From contig CAVULX010000003.1 in the NCBI GenBank assembly GCA_963742415.1, positions 1 through 64,000 of the forward strand: DNA of 64,000 nt, read 5' to 3'. Each line of letters starts with the position of its first letter. Positions within the stretch are counted from its first letter, which is position 1. Shown in pieces: positions 59,020 to 64,000 of the stretch. The notes under the pieces are model-generated. The model saw only the letters and a program-made list of their open reading frames with translations. It had not been told where the DNA came from and did no database searches. This stretch comes from an uncultured Parachlamydiaceae bacterium (GTDB taxonomy: Bacteria > Chlamydiota > Chlamydiia > Chlamydiales > Parachlamydiaceae). The translations under genes were made by a program, and so were the position numbers.

Positions 59020-60303
59020 ATGCTCCCTGGTACAACTTTGAATAGCGGAACAACTTTTTACAATAGCCCCGACTTTGTACCTGGAAGCGAATGGGGATTC
59101 GGTAGCAATTTTTGTGATGATGAAACTATTGAAACTGAATTTATGCTAACAAACAATCTTCTAACTGGAGAAAATGGTCTTGGCGAAAAGTTTAATGAGC
59201 ATCTTTCAATGGACCTAGTTGAAAAAATTGATCTGTTTAATCCATGTGTGGGTAATCACACTCAAAGTTTCCCCTTTACAACGTTTGAAGAATTAGGTAA
59301 TGATTTACAATCGTCACCTCAAGACAATGCCCAAGAAGTCCTAGAACAAAATTCCTGCACCAGCAATACAGAAAGCTCTCCCAAAGCTTCAAGAAAACGT
59401 AGAAGAAAACCTTCTATTGATACAAAAAAAACTCTCAATGCCTCAAAAAAACCTAAAAAGGACCGATATTTTGAATATAGAAAAAATTATCGAGAAGCCG
59501 AGAAAAATTATGATATATATCTTGAAGAAAGAGTAAAAAATTTGTTTAAAACTTTTATAGGACTGTGGGATCAAATGAAAGCCAAGCATCAGAATTCTCT
59601 ACAGCCTCCCGCTCAAGACATGCTTCAGAAATCTTTTAATGAGCTTCGGGAATCTTTACGGCCTCTAGATTTTTCAAGCTGGAAGATTAAAAATAATGTA
59701 CCTTCATTTACTGATTCTGCTAAAATTAAGTTAAATTTAAAAAATTCTACATACTATAAAGACATCCACGATAGATATAATAATTACAAAATCGTATTAA
59801 TTGATAATTTATTTAAAAAAATTAATGAAGGCCGTGCGTTATTGGGTTTGCCAGAGGTTATTGGGGTATCTACTGTTTCTTTTGATGAATTTAGGAAATA
59901 TATCAAAAATAAAGACTATCCCATAAGCAGTTCTCAAACACAGAGTCTCACACAAAGTTCAAATCAAGAAAATCAAAAATATATTCTTAAGGACAAGAAG
60001 AATATTAAAGCAATTGCTTACCTTTTGTGGGATAACAGCTTACTCGTAAAAAAGGATTCTGAGGCATGCATGATGGAGCCACAATCATTAAAGAAATGTT
60101 ATAGCAAGATCCGTCAAAAACTTGTGAAAGATATGGTTCTAATTCCCGAAAAAGGAAGATACATATTTACAAGTGACTATATCTTCAAGTCTCCCACATT
60201 TGCAGCCTCGGCGATCCTTGGATCATCTGTAAGTGGGAAAAAATATTGGAAAAATGAGTCAGGGCTAAGTATTGAACAAGTCGAATCAAAAAAATGGCTT
60301 TGA
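59020..60303 (+). CDS. DUF4357/RAMA-like domain protein, subtype A (A4)
   Basis: Start after AAGGAGATCT; RKRRRK; FTSDYIFKSPTFAASAILG..VSG..YWKNESG. Confidence 0.8.
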   Translation: MLPGTTLNSGTTFYNSPDFVPGSEWGFGSNFCDDETIETEFMLTNNLLTGENGLGEKFNEHLSMDLVEKIDLFNPCVGNHTQSFPFTTFEELGNDLQSSPQDNAQEVLEQNSCTSNTESSPKASRKRRRKPSIDTKKTLNASKKPKKDRYFEYRKNYREAEKNYDIYLEERVKNLFKTFIGLWDQMKAKHQNSLQPPAQDMLQKSFNELRESLRPLDFSSWKIKNNVPSFTDSAKIKLNLKNSTYYKDIHDRYNNYKIVLIDNLFKKINEGRALLGLPEVIGVSTVSFDEFRKYIKNKDYPISSSQTQSLTQSSNQENQKYILKDKKNIKAIAYLLWDNSLLVKKDSEACMMEPQSLKKCYSKIRQKLVKDMVLIPEKGRYIFTSDYIFKSPTFAASAILGSSVSGKKYWKNESGLSIEQVESKKWL

Positions 60304-60346
60304 CAAACTTTTGTGAACACCCTCTATCAATAATTCAAGGAGATAT

Positions 60347-61372
60347 ATGTCCATAGATGCACTGACTGACTCTAATACCTTAAGCTGCAGTTTTTGGGGT
60401 GAAGTAGAAATTGAATCTGAGTTAAGAGACATTTCAAATGAAGGAAATTATGTTAATAAAATATTTAATAATAATTTATCACTTGACCTGATTCAAAGAA
60501 TTGATTTTTTTAATCCATGTGCGGGGGAATATCTTCAAGACGTACCCTCTTTTACATCTGAAGATTCAGGAAATTTTGTAATGACATTTCAAGGAAAGCC
60601 ACCAGAAGTTCAAGAGCAAAATTCCTACGCCATCAGTACAAAAAAAACTCCTAATAACACGAAAAAACGTAAAATTGAGCCTTTATATTATCCTGATTGT
60701 GTAAAAAGACCTACGTATTGCGACCCGAACGTTTCTCTGTCAACTTTATTTTACAAGTATTATAGGCAGGAACCAAATGCTTGTTTTGATATCGAAGAAA
60801 TTCCTGAAGAGAAAGCTGAGATGAATTGTACAGATGAACCGACTTATATGGTCGGTTCTGAGGATAGGTTTGGGAAAATAATTGTACCTTCTTTCGGTGT
60901 TGATGATTTAGGTGATATAGAACATCCTGTCTCAAAAAAAAGTAAAATTGACCTTTTACATCATGCACAAAATGCTCAAAAAACTCTAAATGACCGGAAT
61001 ATTTTTCAGGCCATATGGGATGTCTCAAGTTCAGTAGCGGAAATTGGCGAAAAATATATTATAGAACATAAACAGATTTATGCTATCGGCTACCTTTTGA
61101 ACGATAACCGCATGCGCGTAAAAGCAGGTTCTACGGCATACCTGATGGAGGCAAAATCAATAGGTAAATGTTATGCAAGATGCCGTAATGAACTTATAAA
61201 AAGTGGAGTTCTAACTGTAACTGACGATGGTACAAAATATAGATTTACGGCAGATTTCGTCTTCAAGTCACCTTCGCGTGCTGCCTCGGTCATCCGCGGA
61301 ACAAATACAAGCGGGCCTGGATTTTGGAAAAATGAGGCGGGGAAAAGTATTAGGCAATTCAAAGGACTATGA
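60347..61372 (+). CDS. DUF4357/RAMA-like domain protein, subtype B (B3)
   Basis: KKRKI; FTADFVFKSPSRAASVIRGTNTSG..FWKNEAGKSI. Confidence 0.8.
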   Translation: MSIDALTDSNTLSCSFWGEVEIESELRDISNEGNYVNKIFNNNLSLDLIQRIDFFNPCAGEYLQDVPSFTSEDSGNFVMTFQGKPPEVQEQNSYAISTKKTPNNTKKRKIEPLYYPDCVKRPTYCDPNVSLSTLFYKYYRQEPNACFDIEEIPEEKAEMNCTDEPTYMVGSEDRFGKIIVPSFGVDDLGDIEHPVSKKSKIDLLHHAQNAQKTLNDRNIFQAIWDVSSSVAEIGEKYIIEHKQIYAIGYLLNDNRMRVKAGSTAYLMEAKSIGKCYARCRNELIKSGVLTVTDDGTKYRFTADFVFKSPSRAASVIRGTNTSGPGFWKNEAGKSIRQFKGL

Positions 61373-61425
61373 AAAGTTAAATCTAGTGAGGCATGCCAAT
61401 AAAGTTATTTGATAACAAATGTAGC

Positions 61426-61590
61426 TATACACAAACAACTTGAAAAATCGGTTTTAGGCTTAAGCGAAAGCTCTCGCGATTCGACTTCCGGAATCGACCC
61501 CATATTATAATATTGGGTCGATTCCGGAAGTCGAATCGCGAGAGCTTTCGCTTAAGCCTAAATTCCGATTTTTCAAGTCGTTTGGGTATA
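61426..61590. mobile_element. 165-bp palindromic MITE-like element inside the array
   Basis: TATACACAAACAACTTGAAAAATCGG...CCGATTTTTCAAGTCGTTTGGGTATA, near-perfect foldback, TA at both ends, absent from paralogous spacers. Confidence 0.85.
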
Positions 61591-61887
61591 ACATCGGCCC
61601 GACTATCAACTGTTACTTGAATTCTTCAAAAATACATGCGAAATTGAACCATGATCAACCTGTCAATAAGCGAGAGCCTTAATTTTTAAAATAATTAAAA
61701 AGGTAAGCAAATTGTTTTTTATAATAAACTTGTATTTGCTAAAAAAATTTTATTCATTAAAAAAGAGATTTTTGTTTAATTAATTTGGTAGAAATGTTAA
61801 GTTATAAAAATTTAAAAGAATTCTAATATGAAGTATTAAAAGTGTTATAAAATTAGATTAACTAATGCCAATAATTTAAGGAGATAT

Positions 61888-62676
61888 ATGTCTGTAAATC
61901 CAACCAATTTTAATTCAATAAATTATGATACTAGATACACTCATGCAAGATTTGAAAGTCAACAAGAACCAAGTTTAAGTTTTCAGGGTGGCGGCATACC
62001 TAATGAATCCGTATGTGAATTGGAATTGAATAACAACCTTTCAAATGAAAACGAAGATATTAAAAATTTATTTAACACAACTGATTTAGAAGAACTGGCT
62101 AAAGAAATTGATCGGTTTAATCCATATAATTTTGAATGTGAGACTGATATATCTTTAAATTTAAACTTTTTTCAATCCAAAGAATTAGGTTCTTTTGACG
62201 AAACTTCTACCGATTCCCGACAAGTCCCAGAACAAAATCCCTCCATCGACGATACAGATCGTCCCAGAGCGTCAAAAAAACGTAAAAGAGAACCTTCAAT
62301 TCAAGGCGAAAGTGATACTCCAAATTCAAAATCAAAATTGCAAGAATATATTCTTGAACGTAAAGGTATTCTTGCAAAAGGCCAGCTTTTGACAGATGAT
62401 TCCATGCTTGTAAAAAAAGGTTCTACGGCTTGCATGGAGACGGTACCATCAATAGCTAGAGGATATTTAAAACTCCGCAAAGAACTTTTGAATAAAAAAA
62501 TTCTAGTTCCCGATAGTGGAAATAAAAAATATATATTTACAAATGATTATACCTTCGGGAACTGGACAATAGCTGCCTCGGTGATCTCTGGGGTATGTGT
62601 AAGTGGAAGTAAATTTTGGAAAAATTCGTCGATCCAAAGCATTAAGGCCATCAAATTAAAGAGAAAAAATAGCTAG
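61888..62676 (+). CDS. DUF4357/RAMA-like domain protein, subtype C (C2)
   Basis: SKKRKRE; VKKGSTA; FTNDYTFGNWTIAASVISG..VSG..FWKN. Confidence 0.8.
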   Translation: MSVNPTNFNSINYDTRYTHARFESQQEPSLSFQGGGIPNESVCELELNNNLSNENEDIKNLFNTTDLEELAKEIDRFNPYNFECETDISLNLNFFQSKELGSFDETSTDSRQVPEQNPSIDDTDRPRASKKRKREPSIQGESDTPNSKSKLQEYILERKGILAKGQLLTDDSMLVKKGSTACMETVPSIARGYLKLRKELLNKKILVPDSGNKKYIFTNDYTFGNWTIAASVISGVCVSGSKFWKNSSIQSIKAIKLKRKNS

Positions 62677-62765
62677 ACATTACTCGGCTATAAGATTAAA
62701 TGATTCTAAGTAGTGGGGCATTTTATAAAATTAGATTGACTAATACCAATAATTTAAGGAGATAT

Positions 62766-63545
62766 ATGTCTTTTGATTCAATCTATTGTAATTCAACAAA
62801 TTATTATAATTATAGTAACAATTATTCAGGACTTGGGAGTCAACATGAATCGGAATCGAATAACAACCTTTCAAATGAAAACGAAGCTATTGAAGAATTA
62901 TTTGAGACAAATTATTCAGAAGAACTGATTAAAAAAATTGATAGCTTTAATCCATTTAAAGTTGAATGTGAGACTGATATATCTTTAAATTTAAACTTTT
63001 TTGAATTCAAAGATTTAGGTTCTTTTGACGAAACTTCTACCGATTCCCGACAAGTCCCAGAGCAAAATCTCTCCATCGACGACACAGATCGTCCCAGAGC
63101 GCCAAAAAAACGTAAAAGAGAACCTTCAATTCAAGGCGAAAGTGATACTCCAAATTCAAAATCAAAACCGAAAGAATATACTCTTGATTCTAAAGGTATT
63201 CTTGCAAAAGGCCAGCATTTGGAAGGTAATCTCATGCGTGTAAAAAAAGGTTCTACGGCGTGTAAGGAGATGGCAAAATCAATTAGTGAAAATTATTCCA
63301 CACTCCGCAATCAACTTTTGGACAATAAAATTCTAGTTCTCGATAGTCTAAAAGAAAAATATGAATTTACAAGCGCTTATACCTTCCAGTCCCCCACACA
63401 AGCTGCCTCGGTGATCCGTGGAGCAAATACAAATGGGAGAACTTCTTGGAAGAATACTACCTCGAAACAAAATCTTAATGATGTCGCATGGAATAAAAAA
63501 AGAGCTAGATTTTTCGAGACTATGGAGTTGAATGATTCTAAGTAG
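62766..63545 (+). CDS. DUF4357/RAMA-like domain protein, subtype C (C3)
   Basis: Start after AAGGAGATAT; PKKRKRE; YTFQSPTQAASVIRGANTNGRTSWKN. Confidence 0.8.
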   Translation: MSFDSIYCNSTNYYNYSNNYSGLGSQHESESNNNLSNENEAIEELFETNYSEELIKKIDSFNPFKVECETDISLNLNFFEFKDLGSFDETSTDSRQVPEQNLSIDDTDRPRAPKKRKREPSIQGESDTPNSKSKPKEYTLDSKGILAKGQHLEGNLMRVKKGSTACKEMAKSISENYSTLRNQLLDNKILVLDSLKEKYEFTSAYTFQSPTQAASVIRGANTNGRTSWKNTTSKQNLNDVAWNKKRARFFETMELNDSK

Positions 63546-63915
63546 TTGATACTGATTTAACATCTATATCTACAAAAAATGAATTTTATGCCGTCCTTAC
63601 AGGACTCTGTTTTTTTTTGCATTTTACCCAGGCCTTCGCTTCGCTACGACCTGGGCTGTGATATTCCGCGCCTTCGGTGCTGAAAACGGCCTGAAAGGCC
63701 GAAATGTTATAGCCCAGGTCGTAGCGAAGCGAAGGCCTGGGTAAAATGCAAAAAAAACAGAGTCCTGTAAGGACGGCATATTTTTTTATAGAGGGAAGTT
63801 TCAGGAAAAAATTTGCAAGCTTTTGGGGCTAAAAGCCATATTATTTGCAAATTTATTTAGACCAAAAATGCATGCATACCTTATTATCAATGGGAAATTA
63901 CTACGAATTCAGCAC
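63543..63915 (-). mobile_element. MITE/REP-like element, copy 2 (inverted, no internal duplication)
   Basis: Reverse complement aligns with about 35796-36237; inner palindrome at 63587-63780. Confidence 0.85.
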
Positions 63916-64000
63916 TGATTGTACCTGAATAACTTCTAAATTGTTAATACAGCAGACCCTTCTAGCGAGCCATTTCTAATAGCTTCAAGAGCTTGATTCG

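Noticed and set aside
53809-62765. Longer starts given for A2, A3, A4 and C3 (53809, 56135, 58963, 62700)
   Set aside because: The extensions translate the conserved upstream block; the AAGGAG RBS points to 53860, 56186, 59020 and 62766.
52317-63545. Possible CRISPR array or diversity-generating retroelement
   Set aside because: The repeats are gene-sized paralogs and promoter blocks, not short repeats with unique spacers. No cas or reverse transcriptase gene is present, and the differences are not visibly adenine-specific.
1-64000. rRNA, tRNA, intact transposase or prophage genes
   Set aside because: No recognisable signatures; the GC-rich hairpins lack tRNA cloverleaf and T-loop motifs.

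Overview
AT-rich bacterial DNA, most likely from an environmental chlamydia (Parachlamydiales-like). This is inferred from an NTT/TLC nucleotide transporter, a chlamydia-style bioB...bioE arrangement, many signal-peptide glycosyltransferases and effector-like ORFs. The first 52 kb are an accessory patchwork: ALO-type oxidase, arsM-arsR, two glycosylation clusters (one with a eukaryote/giant-virus-type rhamnose epimerase-reductase), a sialidase-like protein, a wHTH-DUF6314 regulator divergent from a collapsed biotin operon, toxin-antitoxin pairs, menC, two AAA ATPases, a frameshifted RND pump, tag, LysR plus NTT, a CE-clan (Ulp1-like) protease, an arylsulfatase and an MFS transporter. Several long palindromic MITE/REP-like elements sit between genes. 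The most striking feature is an 11-kb tandem array (52462-63545) of ten paralogous genes in three subtypes, ordered A A B A B(pseudo) C A B C C. The intact copies combine an acidic/aromatic N-terminus, a classical NLS-like basic cluster and a C-terminal DUF4357/RAMA-like domain; subtype A adds a duplicated helix with bZIP-like spacing. This looks like an expanding, recombining family of host-nucleus-targeted DNA-binding effectors. No rRNA, tRNA or CRISPR array was seen. All family calls come from motif recognition by eye, not database searches.
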